Assembly (NCBI GenBank): GCA_965207375.1
Contig: OZ242274.1
Coordinates: forward strand, 1,760,001 to 1,824,000
Length of the DNA stretch: 64,000 nt
From: Nitrosopumilaceae archaeon
GTDB taxonomy: Archaea; Thermoproteota; Nitrososphaeria; Nitrososphaerales; Nitrosopumilaceae
Direction: 5' to 3'
The translations under genes and the position numbers were made by a program. Positions 18,011-33,000 of the stretch are shown here, piece after piece (the stretch's first letter is position 1; each line of letters starts with the position of its first letter). The notes beneath the pieces were generated by a model. That model was not told the DNA's origin and searched no databases. It was given only the letters and a program-made list of their open reading frames with translations.

Positions 18011-21000
18011 TTACGTGCGGATAGATCTATTTCGACGCATCAACAAATATACCAAAGCAACCACAGCAAACACACCCAGTATAGAATATACTATCAGCAG
18101 TGATGTTTGTGATAGGATGGATGGAGAAGAGTTTGTCTGCTGAATATCTGTTGGCTCTACAGAGATAACCGGTTCCAGTGGTTCAACGGGATCTAATGGC
18201 TCTGTAGGTTTTACAGGTTCTGTTGGTTCCAGTGGTTCAACGGGATCTAATGGTTCTGTAGGTTTTACAGGTTCTGTTGGTTCCAGTGGTTCAACGGGAT
18301 CTAATGGTTCTGTAGGTTTTACAGGTTCTGTTGGTTCCAGTGGTTCAACGGGATCTAATGGCTCTGTAGGTTTTACAGGTTCTGTTGGTTCCAGTGGTTC
18401 AACGGGATCTAATGGCTCTGTAGGTTTTACAGGTTCTGTTGGTTCTACATCATCAGTATCTGCTCGTTCAGTCATGTCACCAGATAATTTGTCACCAGTA
18501 TCAGATACAAGATTGCCTAAAGAATCACTTACTGAAATGCCCTTAATTATATCAAAGCGATGCACGCTTGAGCATTCACCAGATAGGGATAACGGCAATG
18601 TGGCTTTTTTGCCACTTTTATCATACACATTTATCTTAAAGGAAGACACGTCCGTTGACATGTCTGCAAAGTCGAACATGTACAGTTTTATCGGAGTATA
18701 TTTTGACACATATTTTGAAATATCGATATTGTAATTTTGTCCTATAATCGTAGTTTCCCCATAAGATACAGATGCTGCAAGATTGTCTCCATATGTAGCT
18801 GCAACAAGGACAAAATTGTTATGGATACCGCATTGATTGTATGTAACAGCTACAGGACCCAAGGTAAATCCACCACCACCTGCTCGGGATTGTACTTTGC
18901 CGGAGCTAGGTGAACTGACTGTGGTATCTTTATTTTCAACTGTATCAACTATGCGTACTGTCCTAGTCTGAGGTTCGGCATGATTGCTAGTAGAATCTAC
19001 ACATCTGTATGCTATTGTATAATCACCTAGAGTATCGGTAGTAACGCTACTTGTGTCAGCTGTAAGAGTAGGGTTTGGATCCATATCATCGATACATGTA
19101 ACATCCTTTAGTGCATCCACATTAGAAAAAACAGAATTTTTGTTTATTGTGATTGTATCAGAACCTATTATTTTAATTACGGGAGGAATTATATCGGAAT
19201 CTACAGTAAATGTAGGAGTTGCACTGACAATGACAAATGCTGGGCCTATCCCTACAGCATTAGTTGTATTTACTCTGAAATCATATGGTACGCCGTTTGT
19301 TAGATTTGACACAGTATATGACGTTACATTTCCTATAACATATGCATGGCTGGGCCATGGATCTGATGATGCCTTGTACTGTATAACATATCCGGTAATA
19401 GTGGATCCTCCATTGTCAGTAGGTGCAGTCCAACTCAATACTATTTGTATATCACCAGATGTAGCAAATAAATCTGATATTGCTGTAAGACCTGTTGGTG
19501 CAGCAGGTGTTCCAATTACGGTTACATTTCTAGTTTGTTGTATAGCAGAGTTGTTTGCATCATCAGTACAGATGTATGTTACGGTGTAGCTGCCAACAAT
19601 TGCAGTGTTGACATTTGTAATATCAGCTGTAAGAGTGGGACTTGAATCTTCAGTGTCTGTACATGTAACACCTACAAGTGCATCTGTAGCAGTAAAGGCA
19701 GAGTGTTGATGTACTATTATGGCATCAACAGGTGTTGCAATTACAGGTGGAACAGTATCAGGTACAGTGGATGCTGCAGGTGTTGCCTGTGCGGTACCAG
19801 AGGATATACCTGTACCTGCAATATTTGTGGCGTTGATTCTGAAATCGTACTGTATGCCGTTTGTCAGACTCGTGATAATACCAGTTGTTACATTGTTTAC
19901 AGTGGTACTAGTGCCAGGCCATGGATCTGATGAGGCTTTATGTTGTATGACATATCCAGTGATTGCAGAACCACCGTTGTTTGTAGGCGCAGTCCAGGAT
20001 AGAGACGCCTGTGCGTTGCCTGAATTGGCTACAGGACTAGATGGTGCACTAGGAACCGTAATGACATTTACTGTACGGACTGCATCTACAGAATTGTTAG
20101 AGTCGTCAGTACAGGTGTATGTTACCGTGTATGAACCAGCCGCAGAGTCATCAACTGTACTTGTATCAGTGAGCGTAGGAGTGGTATCTACATTGTCAGT
20201 ACATGTGGCACCTGCGTCTACATATGTTGTACCTACAGATATCGTAACATGATTATCACCGTTGATTACAATTGTAGGTGCGATATTATCAGGTGCTACA
20301 GGTGTTGCCTGTGCAGTACTTGATGCAGGACCTGTTCCTGCAATATTTGTTGCATTTACTCGAAACTGGTATGGTGTATCGTTTGTGAGACCTGTGACAG
20401 TTGTAGATGTTATAACAGATACCGCATCAGTAAAGGTACTCCATGATGTTCCTGCATTTGCACTGTATTGTATTGTATAATCTGTAATTGCAGAGCCTCC
20501 GTTGTTAGACGGGGCAGTCCATGACAATTCAACCTGTGCGTTGCCAGGAGTTGCTATAAGACCTGTTGGTGCAGCAGGTATTCCAATCACATTCACTGTA
20601 CGAACATGTTGTATGGCAGAATTGTTTGCAGCATCAGTACAGATGTACGTTACTGTATATTGGCCAACAGTAGAGGTATCAACGGTTCCGGTTTGTGTAA
20701 GTGAAGGATTAGGATCAAGGTTGTCAGTGCATGTTGCACCTGCGTCAGTGTATGTGGTGCCCAGTGTTATCGTGATAGAGTTTGCTCCGTTTATTGTAAT
20801 TACAGGTGCAGTCGTATCAGTAACAGGTGCTACAGGTGTTGCAGAAGCAGTAACAGATGTAGATCCCGTTCCTACTGTATTTGTAGCAGATACTCTGAAC
20901 TGGTAAGTTTGTCCGTTTGTCAAACCGGTAACAGTTGCAGTGGTGCCGGTTCCGATACCATCAGTAAAGGTACTCCATGATGTTCCTGCATTTGCACTGT

Positions 21001-24000
21001 ATTGTATTGTATAATCTGTAATTGCAGAGCCTCCGTTGTTAGACGGGGCAGTCCATGACAATTCAACCTGTGCGTTGCCAGGAGTTGCTATAAGACCTGT
21101 TGGGGCAGCAGGTATTCCAATTACTGTTACATTTCTAGTTTGTGATATAGCAGAGTTGTTTGCATCATCAGTACAGCTGTACGTTACAGTGTAGCTGCCA
21201 ACAATTGCAGTATTGACATTTGTAATATCGGCTGTAAGAATGGGGCTTGAATCTTCAGTGTCTGTACATGTAACACCTACAAGTGCATCTGTAACAGTAA
21301 AGGCAATATTTTGGTGTACTATGATAGCATTGCTAGGGGTTGCAATTACAGGTGGAACAGTATCAGGTACAGTAGATGCTACAGGAGTTGCCTGTGCGGT
21401 ACCAGATGATAGACCTGTTCCTGCAATATTTGTAGCATTGATTCTAAAATCATACTGTATGCCGTTTGTTAAACTAGATATCGTATGAGAAGTAACATTT
21501 CCTATAGTAACAGTGGTGCCAGGCCATGCATCTGTTGATGGTTTATGTTGTATGACATATCCGGTAATTGCAGATCCTCCATTATTAGGGGCAGTCCAGG
21601 ATAGAACGATTTGCGCATCACCAGGAGTTGCTATAAGACCTGTTGGGGCAGCAGGTATGGTTCTAGGTGTTACACCTACACTATCAGATGCTATACCCGT
21701 ACCTGCTGTATTTGTAGCAAATACTTGGAACTGATATGTAACTCCGTTTGTTAGACCTGTGACAGTTGTAGTTGTATCTGTGTTAGTGCCGTCATTGACT
21801 GCAATCCAGTTTGTTCCTGCATCTACACTGTACTGTATGGTATAATCGGTAATTGCAGATCCTCCTGTATCAGTTGGTGCAGTCCAGGACAGAGACACCT
21901 GTGAATTTCCAGGTGTTGCTGCAAGACCGGTTGGTTGACCTGGAACACTTCGTGGTGTTGCCTGTACTATACCAGATGATACGCCTGTGCCTGCCTGATT
22001 CGTTGCGTTAATTCTGAAATCATACTGTATGCCGTTTGTTAAACCTGTAATGGTATTAGAGGTTACATTGCCTAGAGTAACAGAGGTGCCAGGCCACGGA
22101 TCTGTTGATAGTTTATGTTGTATGGTATATCCTGTAATTGGGCTACCTCCGTTGTTTGTAGGTGCAGTCCAGGATAGAGACACCTGTGCGTTTCCCGGAT
22201 TGGCTGCAGGATTGGTTGGTGCAGCAGGTATGGTTCTAGGTGTTGCATCAGCAGTAGCAGAGAGCGTACTTTGTCCTATGTTAGTTACAGCAAATACTTG
22301 GAACTGATATTCCTGTCCATTTGTTAGACCTGTAACAGTTGTAGAGGTATCGTGGTTAACGCCATCATCAAATGTACTCCATGAGGTTCCAGCATTTGCA
22401 CTATACTGTATGAGATAATCTGTAATTGCAAAGCCGCCTGTATCAGATGGTGCAGTCCAAGATAGGGACACCTGTGCGTTGCCAGGTGTTGCTCTGAGAT
22501 CTGTTGGTGCGTCTGGTGCATCTTGTGGAGTTGCAAATATTGGGATTGATGCCTCACCAGTTCCTACAACATTTGTGGCATTTACTCTAAAATCGTACTG
22601 TACACCGTTTATCAGATTCTCGATTCGCCATGAGGGTATGTTGGTGACGATAACAGACGTACCGGGCCACTCTGCAGATGATGGCTTGTATTGTAATGTA
22701 TATCCTATAATTGCAGAGCCGCCATTGTTAGTTGGTGCAGTCCAGAGCAGTACGACATTTCTGTCTCCAGGTACGGCAGATAAGCCAGTAGGTGCACCTG
22801 GAACTGTAATAACAATTACTGTACGAACTGCTTGTGCAGAATTATTAGAGTTATCTACACAGATGTATGTTACAGTGTATGAACCAGCTGTAGAGTCATC
22901 AACTGTACTGACGGCATTAAGGGTAGGAGTAGAATCTGTATCATCAGTACATGTGGCACCAGCGTCTACATATGTTGTACCTATAGATATCGTAACAGGA
23001 TTGGCACCGTTTATTGTAATTGTAGGCGGTGTACTATCAGGTACAGTAGATGCTACAGGGATAGCCTGTACGATACCAGACGATACACCTGTACCTGCTG
23101 TATTTGTAGCGTTAATTCTGAAATCATACTGTACACCGTTTGTCAGACCTGTGATGATATGTGAAGTGACATTACCTATAGTGGTACTAGTACCAGGCCA
23201 TGGATCTGTTGATTCCTTATGCTGTATTGTATATCCTGTAATTGGGCTACCGCCATTGTTTGTAGGCGGAATCCAGGTTAATGAGACCTGTGTGTTGCTA
23301 GGTGTTGCAGATAAGCCGGTTGGTGCTGTAGGTCTTCCAATTACATCCAGCGATACAACGTTTGATGCTACATTATCATTGCCTACGACATCCTGTGCAG
23401 AACCGGCAGGTATGCTTACGGTCAATAGTCCCCGTGAGGAGTTTATCACATCAAAGTGCATGTCGCGCTGTACGTAAATTCGGTTATTATTAGAATCAGA
23501 TATGTAAATTTCTCCCTTATCTCCAAGGATAATTCCTGAGGGGTATTGAAACCGATCGTTGCCTGAACCTAAACTATCAAACTGAGATAGGTAATTGCCA
23601 GAGCTATCAAATATTTGGATTCTATCATTACCTATTTCTGCAACATACATGTGATCTGTACCGTTGATTGCTATTCGGTAGGGAGAATCAAACTGACCGT
23701 CGCCTGCACCTTCACTACCAAATTCGGTTAGAAAGTTGCCTGCATTATCAAAGATTAGAATTACATCTCTATGTTGATCAGTCACAAAGATATGACCTGT
23801 AGAATTTATTGCAATGCCTATGGCGGTCTGAAATCCACCTTCGGTAAGACCAAAATTTCCAAATTCTGACAGATAGTTGCCAGAAATATCAAAGATTTTA
23901 ATATTATTATTGCCAGTATTTACCACATACACATGGCCTGTATCGGTGATTGTTATTCCTTGTGGACGAGTAAGTTGATTATCTCCAAGATCATTGCTAC

Positions 24001-27000
24001 CAAACTGGGACACATATTTGCCAGAGCTATCAAATATTTGGATTCGGTGATTGTCGGTATCTGGAACATAGACGTAACCCGTGCTGTTGATTGCAATTCC
24101 TATAGGGTCTGCAAACTGGCCGTCACCTGAGCCTGCACTACCAAACTGTGAAACATATACGCCCTCATTATCAAATATCTGGACGCGATTGTTGAATGAA
24201 TCTACTACAAATATGTGACCGGTGCCGTTGATTGCAATATCCTCGGGGGCATCAAACTGGCCATCACCTGAGCCTCCACTACCAAAAGAGCCGTAAAACG
24301 GCGTAATTAAATTCTGTATTGTCCCAGAAGATGTCAAAATATCAGAGGATGTAATACCGGTCACATGCTCGCTGAATCGTGCAATAAATGAAATGGTAGA
24401 AAGAGAGGTAGGATCAGGCGATGCTACAGGCGATGCTACAGACAGTACCACAGATGGAGGTGTGGCATCAAATACCAATGATGATACAGTTGATGCAGAA
24501 CCTGTTCCAACTATATTTGTAGCATTTACTCTGAAATCATATCGTAGGCCGTTTGTAAAACCAGTTAGATCATGAGAGGTAATATTTCCTAGAGTAACAG
24601 ATGTTCCGGGCCAAGCAGAAGAGGATACTTTGTATTGTATAACATATCCAGTTATTGGACTACCACCGTTATTAGGGGCAGTCCAAGATAGAGACATCTG
24701 TTGTCTTTCTTGTTGTATTGTAAAGTCAGTTGGTGCAGCAGGTGTTCCAATTACGGTTACATTTCTAGTTTGTGATATAGCAGAGTTGTTTGCATCATCA
24801 GTACAGCTGTACGTTACGGTGTAGCTGCCAACAATTGCAGTGTTGACATTTGTAATATCGGCTGTAAGAATGGGGCTTGAATCTTCAGTGTCTGTACAGG
24901 TAACACCTACAAGTGCATCTGTAACAGTAAAGACAGTATTTTGGCGTACTGTTATGGCATCGCTAGGTGTCGCAATTACAGGAGGGGTGGTATCAGGTGC
25001 AATGGATACCACAGGTGTTGCCTGTGCGGTACCAGATGATAGACCTGTTCCTGCAACATTTGTGGCATTGATTCTAAAATCGTACTGTATGCCGTTTGTT
25101 AAACTAGGTATCGTATGAGAGGTAACATTTCCTATAGTAACAGTGGTGCCAGGCCATGCATCTGTTGATGGTTTATGTTGTATGGCATATCCAGTGATTG
25201 GGCTACCTCCGTTATTAGGGGCAATCCAGGATAGAACTATTTGTGCATCACCAGGTGTTGCTGTAAGAGTAGTTGGTGCAGCAGGTATGGTTCTAGGAGT
25301 TGCATCAGCAGTACTAGATGATTCACCTGTTCCTGCAACATTTGTGGCATTTACTCTGAATCGATAAGTATCTCCGTTTGTGATACCTGTGACAGTTGCA
25401 GAGGTATCTGTGCTAGTGCCGTCATTGACTACAGTCCAAGATGCTCCTGCATTTGCACTGTATTGTATTGTATAATCAGTAATTGCAGAGCCACCGGTAT
25501 TAGAGGGGGCAGTCCAAGATAGAGACACCTGTGCGTTACCTGGAGTTGCTGTAAGACCAGTTGGTGCAGCAGGTATGGTTCTAGGAGTGGCACCAACAGG
25601 ATCAGATGCTCTACCTGTACCTGCTGTATTTGTAGCAAATACTTGGAACTGATATGTAACTCCGTTTGTTAGATCTGTAACAGTTGTAGAGGTGTCGGTT
25701 CCCATACCGTCTGCAAATGCGGTCCAGATGTTGCCATCGGTACTGTACTGTATTGTATAATCTGTAATTGCTGAACCTCCAGTATTAGAGGGAGCAGTCC
25801 AAGATAGAGACACCTGTGCGTTACCTGGAGCTGCTGTAAGACCAGTTGGTACACCCGGAACACCTATCGGAGTTGCAGATACAGTGTTTGAAGATATACC
25901 TGTGCCTGCAACATTTGTGGCATTGATTCTGAAATCATACTGTATGCCGTTTGTCAGGCTTGTTATGATACGTGATGTTACATTGTTTACAGTAACAGAT
26001 GTTCCAGGCCAAGTATTAGATGATTCTTTATACTGTATTGTATATCCGGTAATTGGAGAACCTCTGTTATTTGTAGGTGCAGTCCATGACAATGTAACTT
26101 GTGCATTGCTAGGTTCTGCTGTAAGAGTTGGTTCACTAGGGGTTCCAATTACTGTTACATTCCTACTCTTCTGTACGGCAGAGTTGTTTGCATCATCTGT
26201 ACAGCTGTACGTTACAGTGTAGCTGCCAACAATTGCAGTGTTGACATTTGTAATATCAGCTGTAAGAGAGGGGTTTGAATCTTCAGTATCTGTACAGGTA
26301 ACACCTACAAGTGCATCTGTAACAGTAAAGGCAGCATTTTGGTGTACTATTATGGCATTGCTAGGTGTTGCAATTACAGGCGGAGTAGTATCAGGTGAAG
26401 TAGATGCTGTAGGTGTTGCCTTTGCAGTGTCGGATACAGGACCTATTCCTGCTGTATTTGTGGCGTTGATTCTGAAATCATATGGCACATTGTTTACAAG
26501 ATCTCTGATTGTATATGATCCAATATTTCCTACAGTGACAGTGGCAGTGGTACTAGACCAAATGGATGTAGATACCTTGTGTTGTATGACATATCCAGTA
26601 ACAGGTGAACCGCCGTCATCATGTATAGTCCAAGACAGAACAACTTGTGCGTTACCAGGTGTAGCTGTAAGACTCGGTGCACCCGGTAGGGTTCTAGGAG
26701 TAGTAGTAGCAATAGCAGAAGGCATACTTGTTTCTACAGTATTTGTAGCAAATACCCTAAATTGGTAAGTAACTCCGTTTGTCAAACCTGTAACAGTTGT
26801 AGTGGTTGTAGTTCCAATACCGTCATTAAATGTGTGCCAAGAAGTACCAGAGTTTGAGCTGTACTGTATAATATAATCTACAATTGCAGAGCCGTCAGTA
26901 TCAGGTGGTGCAGTCCAGGACAGAGTAACTTGAGTGTTGCCAGGGGTAGCTGTAAGACCTGTTGGCATACCAGGCGTTCCAACTATATTCAAAGATACAA

Positions 27001-30000
27001 TATTTGAGACAGTATTATTATTTCCTGATGCATCCTGTGCAGAACCTGCAGGTATGCTTACTGTTAACTGTCCTTTTGCAGGATTTACCACACTAAAAAA
27101 ATATGCATCGCGTTGTACGTAGATTCGGTTGTGTTCATTATCGGTTATGTAAGTTCCCTGAGTCGGACCAAAGGCAATATCAACCAGACGGGAAAAATTT
27201 GGAGGGGCAAAATCTGAGAGATAATTGCCAGAAGGATCATATGTCTCAAAGCTGTGATAAAGATAGTACTTTACATAAATACGATCAGATGAGTCAATTG
27301 CCACATTAATTGGAGAAAAAGATCCGGGGGCCGTATTTCCAAGCTGCGATAGATACTTGCCGGTATCGTCAAAGATTTGTATGCGGTGGTTGTTAAAATC
27401 TGCCACAAATATGTGACCTGTACTGTTTATTGCTAGTCCGCGGGGGAGGCCAAATTGTCCATCTCCTGAGCCTGCACTGCCAAACTGTGATAGGTATTTG
27501 CCGGTATCGTCAAAGATTTGTATGCGGTGGTTTCCATGATCTGCCACAAATATGTGACCTGTAGAGTTTATTGCTATTCCTTGTGGGGAGTTAAACTGTC
27601 CATCTCCTGCGCCTGCACTGCCAAACTGTGAGATAAATTTACCAGAGGGGTCAAATATCGAAATGCGATTGTTACCCGAATCTGCCACATGTATATTACC
27701 CAAAGGACCCACTGCAATATCACCTACACCATTAAACCTGTCATTGCCTGAGCCGGTACCACCAAACTCTGAGATATAGGTACCCGTACCATCAAATATC
27801 GAAATGATGCTGTCAGTATCATCTGCCGCAAATATGTGACCTGTGGAGTTTATTGCAATTGAACCTGCACTGGCAAACTGGCCGTCGCCTGAGCCGATAC
27901 CTCCAAAGTGACCATTAACAGGGGAAAACATAATCTGCGCTGTTCCAGAAGATATTGAAATATCAGATGCATTAAATCCAGTTACAGGTTCACTGAATCG
28001 GACTATAAACGGAATTGTGGAAAGATTTGTTGGATCAGGAGACAGAGTAGTCAATATCACAGATGGAAATTCCGCATCAATTGTAAAGGATATGACATCA
28101 GATGCAGTACCATTTCCTACAGCATTTGTTGCATTCATTCTTAAATCGTACTGACCACTTTCAAGACCGTATATTGTATGCAAGGTAACTTGAGGCACTC
28201 GCACAGATGTTCCTGGCCACTCCTCTGTTGATAATTTGTACTGTACAATGTATCCAGTAATAGGTGAACCTCCGTTTCCGGGAGCAACCCAACCCAGTTC
28301 TATTTGTCCACCACTTGGCGTCGAAGATGTGATAACAGGTACGCCGGGGACTGTGCGAGGTGTGGCGCTGACAATATCAGATGTGTCACTTTCTCCTGCA
28401 ATGTTTATAGCAGATACTTGAAATTGGTATTCCTGTCCGTTTGTCAGACCGGTGATAATAGCAGATGTTGTATTTGAGATGCCATCATCAAATGCTTGCC
28501 AGGACGTACCTGAATCAGAACTATACTGTACTGTATAATCAGTGATTTCAGAGCCTCCATCATCAGATCTAGTCCAATTAAGTGTAACTTGTGCATTGCC
28601 ATATGTTGCAGTTAAACCAGTTGGCTTGTCAGGTATTTTAATTACGGTCAAAGTTATCTCATTTGAGGCAATGTTATCTATGCCTGCTTTATCCTGTACA
28701 GACCCTGCAGGTATGCTTACTGTAAGTTCTCCTTGTATCGGGTTTGTTACATCAAAAGAGTATACATCGCGTTGTGCATAGATTCTATTGTTTGAACTAT
28801 CTACTACATATAGGAATCTAGAATCGATGGTAATGCCTTTTGGGGAATTAAACTTGTCGTCGCCTGAGCCATGACTACCAAACTTTGAGACAAAGTTTCC
28901 TGAAGAATCAAAAATCTGGATACGATGATTGTTTGTATCTGCAACATAAACGTGGCCTGTACCGTTGATGGCTATTCCTTGTGGCGCGTTGAATTGACTA
29001 TCACCTGAGCCATGACTACCAAACTTTGAGACAAAGTTTCCTGAAGAATCAAAAATCTGGATACGATTCTGATTCAAATCCGTCACGTATATGTATCCTG
29101 TATCGTTGATTGCTATACCGTAAGGCTGGATAGTCTGACCATCATTTGTACCTCTGCTGCTAAAGAAGGAAATGCGCGTATTAGAACTATCAAATATCTG
29201 GATGCGATTTTGGTATGAACTTTCTGTCACATATATGTATCCAGTGCCGTTGATGGCTATGTCTTGAGGTTCATTAAATCCAGGGATTTGTGAAACATGT
29301 TTTCCTGTACTGTCAAATATCTGGACACGATTGTTTCCAAGATCTGCCACGTATACGTAACCTGTACCATTGATGGCTATTCCGGTTGGCTGATCAAGCT
29401 GATCATTGCCCGAACCACTTTCTCCAAAATCTGAAATATATTTTCCTGTACTGTCAAATATCTGAATAGTATCTGAACTTGCATCTGTCACATATACATA
29501 ACCCGTACCGTTAACTGCTATTCTATCTGGAGTCGAAAGAGGATCTGTACCAAAGTAGCTAATTGGTGGAATTAAATTCTGAATGGTTCCAGAGGAGATA
29601 GAAATATCTGATGCGTTAAAGCCAACAATAGGTTCGTTGAATCTAGCAACAAATGGAACTGAGGTAAGAGTAGTTGGGTTGGATGCAAATGTAGACAATG
29701 TCACATAAGGTTTGGCAATGATAAATTGAAGGGACACAGTAGTAGATGCTGTGCCTGCTCCTGCAGCATTTGTAGCATTTACTCTAAAATCATAAAACAC
29801 ATCTTCTGTCAGACCGGTTATTATATGAGAGGTAAAATTGCCTATGTTCACAGATGTACCAGGCCACTCTGCTGATTGTTCCTTGTACTGTATGATATAG
29901 CCGGTGATAGGTGAGCCTCCGTTACTAGGTGCGCTCCAGGACAGTGACATCAACAAGTCATCAGGTGTTGCAGTTAGACCTATAGGAGTGCTAGGTACTG

Positions 30001-33000
30001 TACGAGGTGTAGAATCAACGACATTAGATGCAATACTTGTTCCTGCATTATTTGTAGCGTTTACCCGGAATTGATACACCTGTCCATTTGTCAAACCGGT
30101 GACAATTACAGAGGTATCAGCAGATACATCATCAGAGAATGTAGTCCAAGATGTACCCGAATCAGAACTGTGCTGTATGGCATAATCAACAATTGGAGAT
30201 CCACCATCGTTTACAGGTGCAGTCCATTCAAGCGTAACTTGTGTGTTGCCCGGTGTTGCCTCAAGAGCAGTTGGTGCATCAGGTACTGTAATTACGGTCA
30301 GAGTTATCTCATTTGATGCAACATTATCGTTGTCTGTCTCATCTTGTACAGATCCTGCAAGTATGCTTACGGTTAACTGTCCTGCAGGAGGGTTCACCAC
30401 GTCAAAGGAATACACATCACGTTGTACAAATATACGGTTATTGCCAGTATCTACAACATAAAGATCGTTTGTGGAATCAAATACTAGTCCTACCGGGAAA
30501 CGAAATGAAACTGGATAAGAACTTCCAAATGTTGATAGATAGTTGCCTGAAGGATCAAATATTTGGACGCGGTTACCATTTGTATCTGCTACATATACAT
30601 GGCCTGTACCGTTGATGGCTATTCCGCTTGGAGTATGAAACTGACCATCACGTGAACCAGAACCGCCAAACTGTGAGATAGAATTGCCTGAAGGATCAAA
30701 TATTTGGACGATATGGGATAATTCAGATGTAACATAGACGTGACCTGTAGCGTTTATGGCTATTCCGTTTGGGGAAGAGCTGGGAAACTGTGAAATATAG
30801 TTGCCTGAAGGATCAAATATTTGGACGCGGTAGGAAGCGGAATCGACGATATGGACGTGACCCGTAGCGTTGATAGTTATTCTGTGTGGCCTATCAAACT
30901 GACCATCACCGAAACCACGGCTGCCAAACTGTGAGACAAAGTTGCCTGAAGGATCAAATATCTTAACTAGATTGGTTGTAGATGTAACATAGATATAATC
31001 TGTAGAGTTGATGGCTATTCCGCGCGGGTTAGTAAATCTGGAATCATCAAATGTATGGCCGCTAATCTGTGAAACATATTTTCCAAAGGTATCAAAAATC
31101 TGAATGCGGTGGTTGAAAGTATCTGCCACATATATGTAGCCCGTAGAGTTGATGGCTATTTCGGTAGGAGTCTGAAACTGCCCATCACCTGTACCTCTAG
31201 TGCCAGAATAAAAACCAAGCAAACCTTTCACATTCTGCACAGTTCCAGAAGATGCAGAAACATCTGATTCATCAAAGACAGTTACTGATTCGCTAAATAT
31301 TACGGTAAATGGAATGGCAGTAAGATATGTGATATCTTCTGCACTAGTCAAAAGTCTTACAGTTGGAGATACATCAATTGTAGAAAATAACACAATAGAG
31401 TCATCAATTGTATTTCCACTCAAATCGCTAAATGCTGTAGCATTTACCTTTAGATAGATTTTGCCAGCAAGTGACATTACGCTTGAGCTTTGTGATGCAG
31501 TAAGAGATATCATGATACGAATATCATTATCTGTATTGGTTATACTGGCACCTGTAAGACTCACATCGCCAGCATTGTTACTGAGACTGTTTGAAATTGA
31601 CAGTTTAGTTAGATCAATTTCTGTGGCATTTATTGTTTCATTAAAATCAATTAGTAAATTTTGATCAGGTGAATCTGGATCAAATGAAACTTTGAGTAGG
31701 GCTGGTTTTGTCGTGTCTGGACTTATACTTATTGCATTGTCGTAATCGTCTTCGTTTGCAACATTATTTATTGTCTTGACTGCACCTGAATCAATATCTA
31801 GCTCTAATTGCTGACCTAGTACAAGTATAGCAGTTCGCTGTACTTCATTTATCACAATTTCAAGAATACGTGCATCACCAGTATCAGATACCATGGCACC
31901 ACCCAATGTTACTCCTCCTGACGAATTCCCAAGTTGACGAATGTGGAACTTTGTTAGATCAACGTTTGATATAGGAGTGAGATCTATGGTTTTATCAAAT
32001 GTTACCTGCAAGGAACGTACAGTATCGTCAAGATCAAGTGTGGTACCAGTTACATCAGGCAAGGTAGATTCCTCCACTGTTATTGTTATAGTATCACTGC
32101 CGGTGTTGCCTGCCTTATCAGTAGCATATGCAGAGACAACATGATCTCCAGGTGATAGTGTTGCAGTTATTGCAGTACCTGTACCCAAAGTATTGTCACC
32201 AGAACTCCATTGTATTGATTCTATATTTCCATCCTTGTCGTCTATTGCAATTGCCTCAAAACTCGCGCTTCCCGATGGAAGACGAGCGTTGTTAGATGGT
32301 GAATTTATGGTCACAACAGGGACTATCATGTCAATTACAACCTCACTGTTTAGTGCAATAGGGCCCACCTTGGCACTAGGATTTATCTCAATCTCAAGAT
32401 CTGGTGGAGGCAGCATGACAATTACATCTTCATTTGGCGAGGCTTGTGCCTTTATTGTGCCGCCATTGAGCTGAAGTGACATTTTAGACTCATAGTTGAG
32501 ATCTTCAGTATCATCGCCGTCCTGTATGATATATGAGAATGTCAATTTGGATGTACCATTGCCTGAGGCATATGTTGCATATCTGTCAGTTGTTCCAAGA
32601 TCTAGCTTGATGCGGGGTGTACCCGTAACTATTACAGGTTCTGAAAAATGTACAGATATAGAAATTGTGCCATCCCTGTAATTGCCAGAGGGAGAAGAGA
32701 CACCGTATGGAAATACGGTCTTGTCAAGGGACAAGATATAAACACTACCATGACCTTCAAATACTGGACTGCCACCTCGAAAATCAGATCTATAATGTGG
32801 CACCCCTACTGCAAGGTCCACAATACCATCCCCGTTATAATCATCAATAGATTCAATAGATTGACCAAAAAACGACGATGGAACAAGTGAAGTTGGAATT
32901 GTTTTATGGTTTAACTCTACAAAATCCTTTATTCCTCCAGCATCATTTAAGAGTATTACAAATATGGCACCACGGTCTCCAGCTTCGCGTCCGCTTGCAC

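Noticed and set aside
18171-18445. Regular repeat array as a possible CRISPR
   Set aside because: Head-to-tail 54-bp units with no unique spacers, in frame within the adhesin stalk; no cas genes in the window.
20425-21103. Near-identical repeats as DGR template/variable regions
   Set aside because: No adenine-specific mismatch pattern and no reverse transcriptase in the window.
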